Source: a virus
Taxonomy: Duplodnaviria > Caudoviricetes
DNA length: 30,516 nt
Virus record (IMG/VR): IMGVR_UViG_3300020045_005939
Coordinates: 1 to 30,516 of that record
Strand: one strand, 5' to 3'
This document shows, piece by piece, positions 7,646 to 16,097 of the stretch (position 1 is the stretch's first letter; the number at the start of each line of letters is the position of its first letter). The notes below the pieces were generated by a model, which worked only from the letters and a program-made list of their open reading frames with translations, was not told the DNA's origin and ran no database searches. Made by a program: the position numbers and the translations under genes.

Positions 7646-8083
7646 TTAAATACCTGAACTCCCAAAACCTCCACGCCCAGTGTCATGACTGAACTCTGTG
7701 ACCATTTTAACAGTTGGATGATATACAGGTAGAAACATAATCTGTGCAACTCTATCGCCACGTTTAACGGTGTAAATGTCAATTGAATCATTGAATAGAG
7801 ATATTCCTATTGTTAACTGATATTCGCTATCAATAACCCCAAGGCAATTAGAAAGTCGAATGTTATTTTTGTGTCCTAATCCACTCCTAGAAACAAGAAC
7901 CCCTACTATATTAGAGTCATCTATATTTACAGCAATTCCAGAGGAAATAAGCTCACAGGAACCTGGAAAGATAATTATATCGTCCTCAATTGCAGCATAT
8001 AAATCAATTGCTGCATCTCCATTGTGAGCGTACGTTGGAATTTTTGCAAATTCGTTTGTAAGTTTAATTTCAATTTCTTTCAT
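7646..8083 (-). CDS. dut: Trimeric dUTPase (start revised to 8083)
   Basis: Motifs AAIDL, SRSGLG, GVIDSEY, GDRVAQ and RGGFGSSG; ATGA overlap with the upstream stop. Confidence 0.95.
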   Translation of the reverse strand: MKEIEIKLTNEFAKIPTYAHNGDAAIDLYAAIEDDIIIFPGSCELISSGIAVNIDDSNIVGVLVSRSGLGHKNNIRLSNCLGVIDSEYQLTIGISLFNDSIDIYTVKRGDRVAQIMFLPVYHPTVKMVTEFSHDTGRGGFGSSGI

Positions 8084-8424
8084 GATAACTTCCAATAAAG
8101 ACCAGCAAGACCAACAACAATCATAAGTAATGATTCAGGCTCAGGTACATTTAATGCCTTTCTTACCTCCATGTCATATAATGAATCGTTGTTAGGGATG
8201 TACATCACACGAGTCTTTTCTTTGGCCCAGGTAGGTTCGCCAAGTTTGTCATACTTTCTGCAAGTAGTACTTTGATTAGCCATTGATGTTTCGAAGCAAT
8301 AATCAAAGTCTTTGTAGAAGTTAGGATCATCAACACCATCAGCTTTAACAAATCCAACAAAAGAAACTGCGATTATTGTTGCAACAAGCATGTTACACAA
8401 TATCAGATAAATGTACTTGATCAT
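8080..8424 (-). CDS. PEP-CTERM sorting-signal protein
   Basis: N-terminal signal peptide (...SFVGFVKA/DG); C-terminal VPEPESLLMIVVGLAGLYWK. Confidence 0.75.
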   Translation of the reverse strand: MIKYIYLILCNMLVATIIAVSFVGFVKADGVDDPNFYKDFDYCFETSMANQSTTCRKYDKLGEPTWAKEKTRVMYIPNNDSLYDMEVRKALNVPEPESLLMIVVGLAGLYWKLS

Positions 8425-8425
8425 T

Positions 8426-8776
8426 TTATTCTTCCCATTCTATTTTTAATACAATTCCATCAATGTTATTGCATTTATTATTAAGCTCTTCTGTTGATTG
8501 ATATATTCCAAGGCATGTATTATGCCTAATAAGTATCCATCCTTCTTTTTTTATTGAGGGTAGCATTAAGTCATCATCAAGCTGACTACCTTTAAGATAA
8601 CAACCGTCTTCATCATAAGTACATACATACTCTTCTTCAATGTCTATTTTTTTTACTCTAGCAACAATATTGTATAAACCATTTTTTAAGTCAATACACA
8701 AAATTTGTGCATCTCTACCATCACGTGTTTTTACCCAGTCACCAACTTTTATTTTTGTTTTATCAAATTTTTTCAT
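8426..8776 (-). CDS. Conserved phage hypothetical protein
   Basis: TRDGR.A.I.C.D...Y...G......DDL pattern common in phage early genes. Confidence 0.65.
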   Translation of the reverse strand: MKKFDKTKIKVGDWVKTRDGRDAQILCIDLKNGLYNIVARVKKIDIEEEYVCTYDEDGCYLKGSQLDDDLMLPSIKKEGWILIRHNTCLGIYQSTEELNNKCNNIDGIVLKIEWEE

Positions 8777-8883
8777 TTCAATTCTTCATTAAAGTTAAGT
8801 GCAGGCATCTCACCTGCTTGGAAATTTCATTGTGCCAAGGTTTCGATATGTATCCGTGGTCAAGCAATTTCTAAGATGTGTTT

Positions 8884-8911
8884 ATTATAATTACTTTTTT
8901 ATAAAAATCAA
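8884..8911 (-). promoter_or_regulatory. Sigma70-like promoter TTGATT-16-TATAAT
   Basis: Perfect -10 and A-tract upstream; precedes a ~100-nt structured leader. Confidence 0.6.
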
Positions 8912-9255
8912 ATTTTATTTTTTATTCTTACTTCAACGAGACCATCTTTAATTACAGTTTCAGATAAATTAATTGTCAGACAAAACTTGCTATCATCAAT
9001 TCCAAGTCTATCCGCTATACCATCAAGACCAGATTTAATGCTGGACAGGCAGCCATCAACATCACGTCTTCGGTTATTAGGTGGATAAAAAGTAATATCA
9101 ACCTGGTATTTGTCTGACTGTTCAAGTTCACCAAAAACAGCATTAAAAGCATCTGTTCGGTATTTCTTTGTTGCTTTTGATTTTACTGTCCAGTGCGATC
9201 TTGCATTAGGATGCAATGACCTTGGGGGCCATTCTAAATTAACTGTTATCATCAT
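8908..9255 (-). CDS. rusA: RusA-like Holliday junction resolvase
   Basis: L.WPP..L.PN.R.HW; ITFYPP..RRRD.D......K..LDG.AD.LG.DDS. Confidence 0.85.
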   Translation of the reverse strand: MMITVNLEWPPRSLHPNARSHWTVKSKATKKYRTDAFNAVFGELEQSDKYQVDITFYPPNNRRRDVDGCLSSIKSGLDGIADRLGIDDSKFCLTINLSETVIKDGLVEVRIKNKI

Positions 9256-9383
9256 CCAAGGTCATAGATAAGTGAGTTCAATTCTCTCGAGGCATCATAG
9301 AGATCATCATATAAATTATCTCCATTTCTAGCTATCTCAAGCAATTCTATAATTTGATCAATTCTTGAATCATAATCAACCAT
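9252..9383 (-). CDS. Hypothetical protein (start revised to MVDYDSR)
   Basis: GGAG SD upstream of ATG9383; the longer 9452 start overlaps another ORF. Confidence 0.45.
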   Translation of the reverse strand: MVDYDSRIDQIIELLEIARNGDNLYDDLYDASRELNSLIYDLG

Positions 9384-9384
9384 C

Positions 9385-9537
9385 TTAACCACTCCACTCG
9401 TTACTGTACAAATGCCCATTAAAATCGGCAATGTCACATTCCTTGATTTCATGATCAGGATGCATTGCTTCGATTTTTTTCTTGTTTCTTGATCCTACTA
9501 TTCGATCTTTATTCAATACAACGTAATATATTTTCAT
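9385..9537 (-). CDS. Hypothetical protein, 50 aa (MKIYYVVLNKDRIVGSRNKKK...)
   Basis: Translated by hand; ATGA overlap with the upstream stop. Confidence 0.5.
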   Translation of the reverse strand: MKIYYVVLNKDRIVGSRNKKKIEAMHPDHEIKECDIADFNGHLYSNEWSG

Positions 9538-9752
9538 TTGTTTCTATTCCTTAATTTTACACACAAAGCCATGCGTTCAGATTGTACGATGTCAATATCA
9601 GTTACAGGTTTTGACATTTCAAAATGGCGCCAGGAGTTTGTTTGTTTTGGTCTTGGTTGAAGTTTAAGACTGTTTGCTCGTTTGTCTTTATCGTTCATAT
9701 TTGGAGCTGTCCATAGGTTTATCGGAGGAAATTGAATGTCTGGCCAGTACAT
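9534..9752 (-). CDS. Hypothetical protein
   Basis: ORF track; operon packing. Confidence 0.5.
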   Translation of the reverse strand: MYWPDIQFPPINLWTAPNMNDKDKRANSLKLQPRPKQTNSWRHFEMSKPVTDIDIVQSERMALCVKLRNRNK

Positions 9753-10072
9753 AATTGCGAATTAACAATGGTTTCTACTAATTTCCTGTATTCCTCTATT
9801 GGATCAGCTTTCAAATTGATTTCCTGATCCCATTTATCAACTAAATCAATCCTATCATGTTCAATCAGAGTCAATTGATCCTCAAAATACCATGAACATT
9901 CACCAATTCCTTTAATATAAATGCTGTATTTTTCGTTATTGTCACCACCAAATTTATCAGCATAACTTCCGACAACAACAGCATCACAATCTTTGTGAAA
10001 ATGAGACATTCCTGGTTTAAGCTCTTTATCGACTTTAACAAGATCGCCTTTATTAAATTTTTGCATAATCAT
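9719..10072 (-). CDS. Hypothetical protein (SH3-like N-terminus)
   Basis: KF.KGDLVKV...WY.E.QL pattern. Confidence 0.6.
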   Translation of the reverse strand: MIMQKFNKGDLVKVDKELKPGMSHFHKDCDAVVVGSYADKFGGDNNEKYSIYIKGIGECSWYFEDQLTLIEHDRIDLVDKWDQEINLKADPIEEYRKLVETIVNSQLCTGQTFNFLR

Positions 10073-10356
10073 TAAAATAATGATGAATTAATTACAATTT
10101 CTATGCCTTTTGTAGCTTCTTCAACTGCATCGGCTGTAAGCCATCCTCCAGTTTCCGAAATCATTATAGACCCATCTTCATTAATACCAATGTGGTCATT
10201 AAGCTCAAATGTTCCGTCGTCACTTGGTTTTGTAACGATGTAGCGTATTCCAGGAATCATTTTACATTGCTTAATTTCTATTAATCCTTCAATTGTTATT
10301 TTATCTCCTACATTAAGGTTTTTATCAGATTTTTTTACCGTAAATTCATTGTTCAT
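10072..10356 (-). CDS. Hypothetical protein
   Basis: ORF track; coupled to neighbours. Confidence 0.55.
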   Translation of the reverse strand: MNNEFTVKKSDKNLNVGDKITIEGLIEIKQCKMIPGIRYIVTKPSDDGTFELNDHIGINEDGSIMISETGGWLTADAVEEATKGIEIVINSSLF

Positions 10357-10591
10357 TATTTATTTGCCTCAAAAATTTCTCACGATCTTCTAGTTTAATG
10401 TCTGTCAAATACTCATTAATTTCAGTGTATCCGGCTTTAAAAAGAGCAACGCCAAAGACAGCATCGCTTATTGATAAAAAGCCATCAGAGCACGTTATTC
10501 TTTCGCTTTTGACAGGTTGTTTTTGTTTAGACAATGCTTCAAGAATGTTCAAATTAAAATCCCCACGATATAAGCTTATTGAATCTGCCAT
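10346..10591 (-). CDS. Hypothetical protein
   Basis: ORF track; overlaps the helicase end. Confidence 0.5.
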   Translation of the reverse strand: MADSISLYRGDFNLNILEALSKQKQPVKSERITCSDGFLSISDAVFGVALFKAGYTEINEYLTDIKLEDREKFLRQINNEQ

Positions 10592-12263
10592 CTTTGATGA
10601 CAGTAATTGTTTTTATTGTGTTGAAATACTGATTATAGTAGTTTTCAAACAAAAACAATAAGTTCTTTACATTGTGACCACCTTCAAATTTTCCAATCTG
10701 ATACCAGTCTTTTTTGTTCTTCATTAGGCTTTGAATCTTTGCAATAGCTAGCCCACGAGCGGAGCCGCTATGATCCAAGCAAATGTACTCTACATGCAAT
10801 AAAAAAAATTTTTCATCGTAAAATATAGCCCTTATCATAGTCGTGTCATCCTTATGATACTCATCAAAATAAACCTCGCTAATATTGTACGTTATTTTAT
10901 TTTGATCCTGTTTCAATGCTAAAGCCTGGACCTTAGTTCTCATTGAGTAGAGTCCATCTTCTGACTCACTGATAAACTGTGCTTTGCATTTACGGCAATA
11001 TTTTGCTCCTAAATGATTCTGATGTCCACAATAATCATTTTTTTTATAAATTACATTTTCAAAAAAAACATCTTCATCTAGATAGGCTGTACATTCTTTT
11101 TTTGGTGTTTCCTCTTTTGGTGGTCGTACAGTTGGCACAATAACATTCTCAATGCCTCCTTTAGTTAGCCTTGATAAGTTTGTGCCATAGTCAATTAAAA
11201 AGCCATGAACCTTGTCCTCGTGTGGTCGAATAACTCTACCTACCATTTGCACAAGAAGTCCAGGTGATGTAGTGGCCCTAAGCAAAACAACACATTCTAA
11301 AGCCCTATGGTCATAACCTTCGGTCAGCAGGTTTACATTGACTAGGTAACGGCATCCAGAACCATTTTTAAGCCAATTTAAGGCATCTTTACGTTCATTT
11401 TTTGGCATATCACCATAGATGATACGCATGGTTGAATTATCACCCCATGCAGACAAAATATGCTGTGCATTGGCGACACTTGATGCAAAGATAACCGCTG
11501 TTGATATGTTATGCTGAGTGAACTTTTGGCGCATATCCGAAACAGCATTTTCAATGATTGCATCAAACTTTATACCTGCCTCTGCCTGGTTGTAATCATA
11601 GCCAGATTTGCTTACTCCATCCAGATTAACACTAACATCAGAGTTAAGTGTCTCTATGTGAGACAGGTATCCATCAGATATTAATTGCTTTAATCCAGGA
11701 TCAACAGCAGTATCAAATACTTTGTGTGTGAAGAATGGTTTTGTCTTGTGTGTTTCCTCATGCAATTCCCCCTGATCTAATCTATATCCAGTACCCGTAA
11801 ATCCACAAACCTTTAAATTAGGATTTATATGCATCAATGCTTCTATTATCTTCTGATAAATTCCTTTATCTCCTTCCTTGAACCTTGTTCTGTGACATTC
11901 ATCGATAAAACAGTAATCGAATGATCCTGATACTGTGCGCTTATTAACAAAGCTCGATGCCATTGCAATTACAGCTTGTTTGTGCCGTTGGTTCTTACCA
12001 AGCTGTGAACAGACTATACCTAATGAATCTTTGTTATCCATGTAGTCAAATGCTTCTGCGTAGTTTTGTTCTACCAGCTCAAGACGTGGAACAAGCTGCA
12101 ATACTCTTTTGCCGTTGTTAACGTACCGGTTAGTCAATGCAGCAATACATAGTGACTTCCCAAGACCTGTGAAGAGAGAAGCATAAGGCTTCTCTCCTTT
12201 ATGCATAGACACATGTACAGATTTGCAGGCTTGCTGTTGGTATAATCTAAGCTGTTTTTTCAT
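10554..12263 (-). CDS. SF2 DExH helicase, RadD/YejH-like, with C-terminal Zn finger
   Basis: LRLYQ Q-motif, TGLGKS, DECH, TGT, LTEGYD, QMVGRVIR and a Cys cluster. Confidence 0.9.
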   Translation of the reverse strand: MKKQLRLYQQQACKSVHVSMHKGEKPYASLFTGLGKSLCIAALTNRYVNNGKRVLQLVPRLELVEQNYAEAFDYMDNKDSLGIVCSQLGKNQRHKQAVIAMASSFVNKRTVSGSFDYCFIDECHRTRFKEGDKGIYQKIIEALMHINPNLKVCGFTGTGYRLDQGELHEETHKTKPFFTHKVFDTAVDPGLKQLISDGYLSHIETLNSDVSVNLDGVSKSGYDYNQAEAGIKFDAIIENAVSDMRQKFTQHNISTAVIFASSVANAQHILSAWGDNSTMRIIYGDMPKNERKDALNWLKNGSGCRYLVNVNLLTEGYDHRALECVVLLRATTSPGLLVQMVGRVIRPHEDKVHGFLIDYGTNLSRLTKGGIENVIVPTVRPPKEETPKKECTAYLDEDVFFENVIYKKNDYCGHQNHLGAKYCRKCKAQFISESEDGLYSMRTKVQALALKQDQNKITYNISEVYFDEYHKDDTTMIRAIFYDEKFFLLHVEYICLDHSGSARGLAIAKIQSLMKNKKDWYQIGKFEGGHNVKNLLFLFENYYNQYFNTIKTITVIKDGRFNKLISWGF

Positions 12264-12498
12264 TCATTATTTCTTTAAGGTCAGCAGAAATAGTTCTGAT
12301 ATATTGAATCAATTCATTAACAAGATTATCAAAATCATTTTCGCCTTTTGTTTCATAAATTGATCTTAATAGTGACCATATCATGGGACTAACAGCTGGA
12401 ACATCACCTTCAATTAATACTGACAATTTTAATATATCAAGAAAAATGTCAGCATATTTTTCATTTATAGTTACGTTTCTATTTTCCATTGTTTTCAT
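12247..12498 (-). CDS. Hypothetical protein
   Basis: ORF track. Confidence 0.55.
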   Translation of the reverse strand: MKTMENRNVTINEKYADIFLDILKLSVLIEGDVPAVSPMIWSLLRSIYETKGENDFDNLVNELIQYIRTISADLKEIMNEKTA

Positions 12499-13037
12499 GA
12501 AACCCTCAATATTTCTTTCTTAACAAGATAACAACCAGACAAAGATTTATCTTTAACGATCATTTCATCAGACTGAATTTCAAGCAGCTTTTGTTTGATC
12601 AAGTCTGTTTTTGGTTTCATGATTACTTCGATGTAGTCACGTTCAAGGTTCATAACAGAGAAGTCTGCTGCAAACTCAAGTGAACCTTTGCTTGTGCAAT
12701 GCGAGCAGTTGAAAAGATCGCCTTTGTGCTTATCAATACCAAAGTCAATCATCAGATTAAGTACATGCTCTTTTATGAGTTCGTGAACTTTTTCTTTCCT
12801 CTTGATATTTGCATCATGAGCCTTAAGGTAGAGTTTCTTGTTTTCTACAGCTGTTTCATGTTCTGCTTTTGCTTCTGCTAATACTGGCAACCAGTAGTCA
12901 ATTTTTTTGTGAACATCACCTTTAACACTAGAAAGTATTCTTTGTACATGTTCAATCTCTTCTTCTTCATCTCCAGTTAGCCACTCAAGTTCTTCAAGCG
13001 CCAAAGCCTGTTTTTCTTTTAGTTCAAATATTTTCAT
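12495..13037 (-). CDS. Siphovirus Gp157 family protein
   Basis: Coiled-coil N-terminus, KID.W..V, L...M...GI.K.K..LF and PKTDLIK..L; typical neighbour of Sak4/SSB. Confidence 0.65.
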   Translation of the reverse strand: MKIFELKEKQALALEELEWLTGDEEEEIEHVQRILSSVKGDVHKKIDYWLPVLAEAKAEHETAVENKKLYLKAHDANIKRKEKVHELIKEHVLNLMIDFGIDKHKGDLFNCSHCTSKGSLEFAADFSVMNLERDYIEVIMKPKTDLIKQKLLEIQSDEMIVKDKSLSGCYLVKKEILRVS

Positions 13038-13156
13038 TATTCAATGCCACTTGTGTTTGGTGATGGTGTAATAACTGCAATTGCAATCTGGAATATACCG
13101 ATAGTAAGGATTGCAAATATAACCATTAATTTAATTGTTTCTAGTAGTGCTTTCAC
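13037..13156 (-). CDS. 39-aa TM microprotein (MKALLETIKLMVIFAILTIGIFQIAIAVITPSPNTSGIE)
   Basis: Translated by hand; GGAG SD before GTG; stop overlaps the next start (TAATG). Confidence 0.55.
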   Translation of the reverse strand: MKALLETIKLMVIFAILTIGIFQIAIAVITPSPNTSGIE

Positions 13157-13194
13157 TTTATCTCCAAAATTATGCCATCCTTGGTTATTGAATG

Positions 13195-13893
13195 TCAGAA
13201 TGGAATTAAATCGTCAAAGTCATCGAGCATGTCGATTACGTCAGCTGTGCTTATTGGATCAACAACAGGCGCATTAGGCTGGTTTGATGCCTGTTTTATA
13301 ATGTGTTCATCTTCAAGAAGAATATCAAGATAGCGATCACATGAAACAGCATCGGAGTTATTCAAGAACTCGGCAGCGGATTGCTTTGTTTCAACATCAA
13401 AAAACTGCCTAAACTCCATAACAGTTTTCATTTCATTTGAGGAAACCCATTTCCCATCAACCTGGATATTTTTTGGCAATTGCTTTGCTTCCAGTATGAT
13501 GCCTATTTGCTGGCCGACAAGATCAGTGTAGACCATCTTTTTTTGCTCAACATCCTGGCGCAGATCAAAGTCATATATTGCTACGCGTCCAGGTTTGCTG
13601 GATAGGTCATCAATATCAAGTAGCACTTGAAGGTCATTGATTGATTGCAATGACGGTAAGTCTTTTCCATTTTTGTCAGTTGACATGCCATTTTTTGCTT
13701 TATACCAAAGATCAAAATTTGAATATTGACCACTACCTGAAACAACCTCAAAATGAATTGCAGCCGATTCAGCCCCTGGAACTTGTGATTTCTTGTCGTA
13801 GCATTTTGTTATTGTGCATGGGTAGAAGCCTGTTTTTTTGATAGGTCCTGAGTTGAAAGTTTTTACTTTTGTTGTATCTTTTTTAAATGCCAT
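13195..13893 (-). CDS. Single-stranded DNA-binding protein (DUF669-like)
   Basis: G.Y...I.....K N-terminus, acidic C-terminal DDFDDLIPF tail, adjacent to the Sak4-like gene. Confidence 0.7.
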   Translation of the reverse strand: MAFKKDTTKVKTFNSGPIKKTGFYPCTITKCYDKKSQVPGAESAAIHFEVVSGSGQYSNFDLWYKAKNGMSTDKNGKDLPSLQSINDLQVLLDIDDLSSKPGRVAIYDFDLRQDVEQKKMVYTDLVGQQIGIILEAKQLPKNIQVDGKWVSSNEMKTVMEFRQFFDVETKQSAAEFLNNSDAVSCDRYLDILLEDEHIIKQASNQPNAPVVDPISTADVIDMLDDFDDLIPF

Positions 13894-13896
13894 TTT

Positions 13897-14742
13897 TTAT
13901 TTCTCTAAGTCTATGAATATTTGTTTTGATGTTTCAGGCTCACGTATATCAATAATATAACTATCTTGTACGTTTTCTATTTTTTCAGTTCTTACTTTCG
14001 CAAAGAATGAGCTAGTTCCCCTGGTGCTAACTGTTATTTCAGGTGGAAAGTCATTGTCAGCAACATGTTTCACCGCTCCAAATGCGTTTCGTTTAGCTTT
14101 AGTGTTTACTGATGAGTCCATAAACAGAACCCAGTCAGCTTTAGCCGTTAGCAGGTTTGGCACTGAATAAACACCAAATTCTGCCATGTCTACGCCATGT
14201 TTTTTGTAGTCATTACCATCAGAGTCAGACATGTTTTTTTGCCTGCTGTGAGCAATAAGGATTACATTTAAGCCTTTTTTGTGCAGATACTTGAGAGCTG
14301 TAAAAAAGCGAGTCTCCCATGTATTAACAACAGCAGCATAACCAACACCAAAGTCAAAGTCGGCGATTGATGATATCTTTTTCACATCACCATTCTTTTT
14401 CTGAACTTCAGGTGTTTCGCTGATTAGTCTTTCAACAATAAGCTTGTCTACAAACATCCCACTATCAACAACTATGGTTTTGTAGTCATGTTGTTTTTTT
14501 ACAAATGACTGCAACATCTGGAAAAATTCATCAATTGTTTGTGGCAAATATACAATGCCATCTTTAATGAATTTACCAACTTCAGGAACCTTTTCTACTC
14601 CTTTCTCAACAGCTACAAAGAAAGGTTTTTCCGCATGTTTGCAAAGGAATGTTTTTCCAACTCCTGGAGGGCCGTAAACGATACCAAAATAAGGACCACT
14701 TACAGGTTCTTCGGTAATCTCTAAGTCATCAATGAAGCTCAT
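13897..14742 (-). CDS. Sak4-like AAA_24 ssDNA-annealing ATPase
   Basis: YGPPGVGKT, TIVVDS, DFG.GY, VILIAH, ADWVLF. Confidence 0.85.
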   Translation of the reverse strand: MSFIDDLEITEEPVSGPYFGIVYGPPGVGKTFLCKHAEKPFFVAVEKGVEKVPEVGKFIKDGIVYLPQTIDEFFQMLQSFVKKQHDYKTIVVDSGMFVDKLIVERLISETPEVQKKNGDVKKISSIADFDFGVGYAAVVNTWETRFFTALKYLHKKGLNVILIAHSRQKNMSDSDGNDYKKHGVDMAEFGVYSVPNLLTAKADWVLFMDSSVNTKAKRNAFGAVKHVADNDFPPEITVSTRGTSSFFAKVRTEKIENVQDSYIIDIREPETSKQIFIDLEK

Positions 14743-14743
14743 T

Positions 14744-14857
14744 TTATATATACCAATAAATAGACTTTGATTTAGAACTAGACCAAGACCCAGACATAGA
14801 CCCAGATTTGAAAAATGGTCTAAACATAATAATTCTTGATTTTCTTGTAACTTTCAT
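14744..14857 (-). CDS. 37-aa Ser-X repeat basic microprotein (MKVTRKSRIIMFRPFFKSGSMSGSWSSSKSKSIYWYI)
   Basis: Translated by hand; ATGA overlap upstream; TCT-NNN hexamer repeats. Confidence 0.5.
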   Translation of the reverse strand: MKVTRKSRIIMFRPFFKSGSMSGSWSSSKSKSIYWYI

Positions 14858-15021
14858 TTATCTAACTTTATTTTTTTGTGCATGTTGAATTGATCTTCCA
14901 TAAATTCATTCAATATCATTTCTGATAATTCTTTTTTAGTACAATACCATTCATTATTTTCTTTATCGTCACATTCGTTAAGAAAATTAGATATTTTTTC
15001 TTTAAGTTCTTTTTTTGTCAT
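14854..15021 (-). CDS. Hypothetical protein, 55 aa (MTKKELKEKISNFLNEC...)
   Basis: Translated by hand; ATGA overlaps at both ends. Confidence 0.6.
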   Translation of the reverse strand: MTKKELKEKISNFLNECDDKENNEWYCTKKELSEMILNEFMEDQFNMHKKIKLDK

Positions 15022-15182
15022 TTTGTTTTGTTCTCAATGTATATTGTCAATGCTTCTTCAACAAGGTCTTTGACCTTGATCTTGTTTTCAGGTGTTGCAA
15101 GCTTGCCACGAAGGATCATGAGCTTTGAGAATAAATCCCATGAAATTGAAATAGCTTGCTTTGGTTTTGCTTTTTGTTCCAT
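15018..15182 (-). CDS. Probable ribbon-helix-helix regulator, 54 aa (MEQKAKPKQAISISWDLFSKLMILRGKLATPENKIKVKDLVEEALTIYIENKTK)
   Basis: Translated by hand. Alternating beta strand (AISIS), helix, then DLVEEAL..Y helix; AGGA SD; first gene after a promoter. Confidence 0.65.
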   Translation of the reverse strand: MEQKAKPKQAISISWDLFSKLMILRGKLATPENKIKVKDLVEEALTIYIENKTK

Positions 15183-15214
15183 TGTTTTTCCTGTTTGATT
15201 AAATAGTGTGAAAA

Positions 15215-15243
15215 ATGATAATTTATTTTTTAGTAAAAGTCAA
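15215..15243 (-). promoter_or_regulatory. Sigma70-like promoter TTGACT-17-TATCAT
   Basis: Near-consensus hexamers, 17-bp spacer and upstream A-tract. Confidence 0.7.
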
Positions 15244-15254
15244 TTTTTATTTAA

Positions 15255-15779
15255 TTAAACTTCTCTTGCATGAAATAAGGTAGTAGTTACCTGATTTCCT
15301 ATTTTCCATTGCCGGCCAGTGCAGAAATAAACCATAGTCGAAGCATCAAGGCTTAGCTTTCTGGTTTTTGCTGGTGTCTTCTTTTCAACAAAGTTATGTG
15401 GAATCAGCAACTCCTCTCTCCTCTTAAAGAACCTTTCCACATCGTCACGATGCCATAAATTCAAATCCCTTGATCCTGATACAAGCATGACTCTATGCCT
15501 TACAGGGAAGTCATGGTGATTGACAAGCAGCCTTAGTTTGTTACGGCCCATAAGGCCCTTGTATTTGTTGTAGATATCATCAAAAGACAGCTCAAAGCTT
15601 TGTTTTGCCATTCTTTTTTTGTAGAGCCTGACAAACAGTTCACCGAGCTTTGCTTCATCTATGGGATGTTTGCCATTCACCCTTGGCAAGTTTTTGTTGA
15701 TGCATTTGTTTTTATAAATAACTTCTTTTGCAGATGCTTCGTTGTATCCTAGTCGATCTCTGAATTCTTCAAATGTCAT
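15255..15779 (-). CDS. Hypothetical DNA-binding protein (AlpA/Xis-like winged-helix segment)
   Basis: DFP........LW.RDDVERF pattern. Confidence 0.5.
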   Translation of the reverse strand: MTFEEFRDRLGYNEASAKEVIYKNKCINKNLPRVNGKHPIDEAKLGELFVRLYKKRMAKQSFELSFDDIYNKYKGLMGRNKLRLLVNHHDFPVRHRVMLVSGSRDLNLWHRDDVERFFKRREELLIPHNFVEKKTPAKTRKLSLDASTMVYFCTGRQWKIGNQVTTTLFHAREV

Positions 15780-16030
15780 ATAAATAACCCATCTATCCAG
15801 TTTTTTGTTGCTCTTTCTACTCTTGCTTTTGCTTCATCCATTGTTTCGTAATAATCCAGGTGATTTTTTAATCCTGGAAGCATTGATTTTGCGGCATAAT
15901 GTTTATTTTCTCCTTTTGTTCTGCTTTCATAACAAACTTCTCCGACAATCCATTTGCCTGCACGGAGCAGCTCTCCATTATGAAATATTCTTTTATCACC
16001 TTCCCATGTATATTTATTTTCTTGACTCAT
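15776..16030 (-). CDS. Hypothetical protein (start revised to MSQENKY)
   Basis: AAGGA SD before ATG16030; the longer ORF would overlap the promoters and the + strand RHH gene. Confidence 0.6.
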   Translation of the reverse strand: MSQENKYTWEGDKRIFHNGELLRAGKWIVGEVCYESRTKGENKHYAAKSMLPGLKNHLDYYETMDEAKARVERATKNWIDGLFI

Positions 16031-16057
16031 AATTTTGTTCCTTTTTTTAAAATGAGA

Positions 16058-16090
16058 TGCTACTATATCAATTCCGTACGTACAAAACAA
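16058..16090. promoter_or_regulatory. Overlapping divergent promoters with a GTACGTAC palindrome
   Basis: Leftward TTGTTT-17-TATAGT with a TGn extension; rightward TGcTACTAT (16058-16066); palindrome 16076-16083 lies in the leftward spacer. Confidence 0.55.
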
Positions 16091-16097
16091 CATTAAA

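Noticed and set aside
8790-8880. Possible tRNA gene
   Set aside because: A T-arm-like hairpin is present, but there is no matching acceptor stem, TTC loop or cloverleaf.
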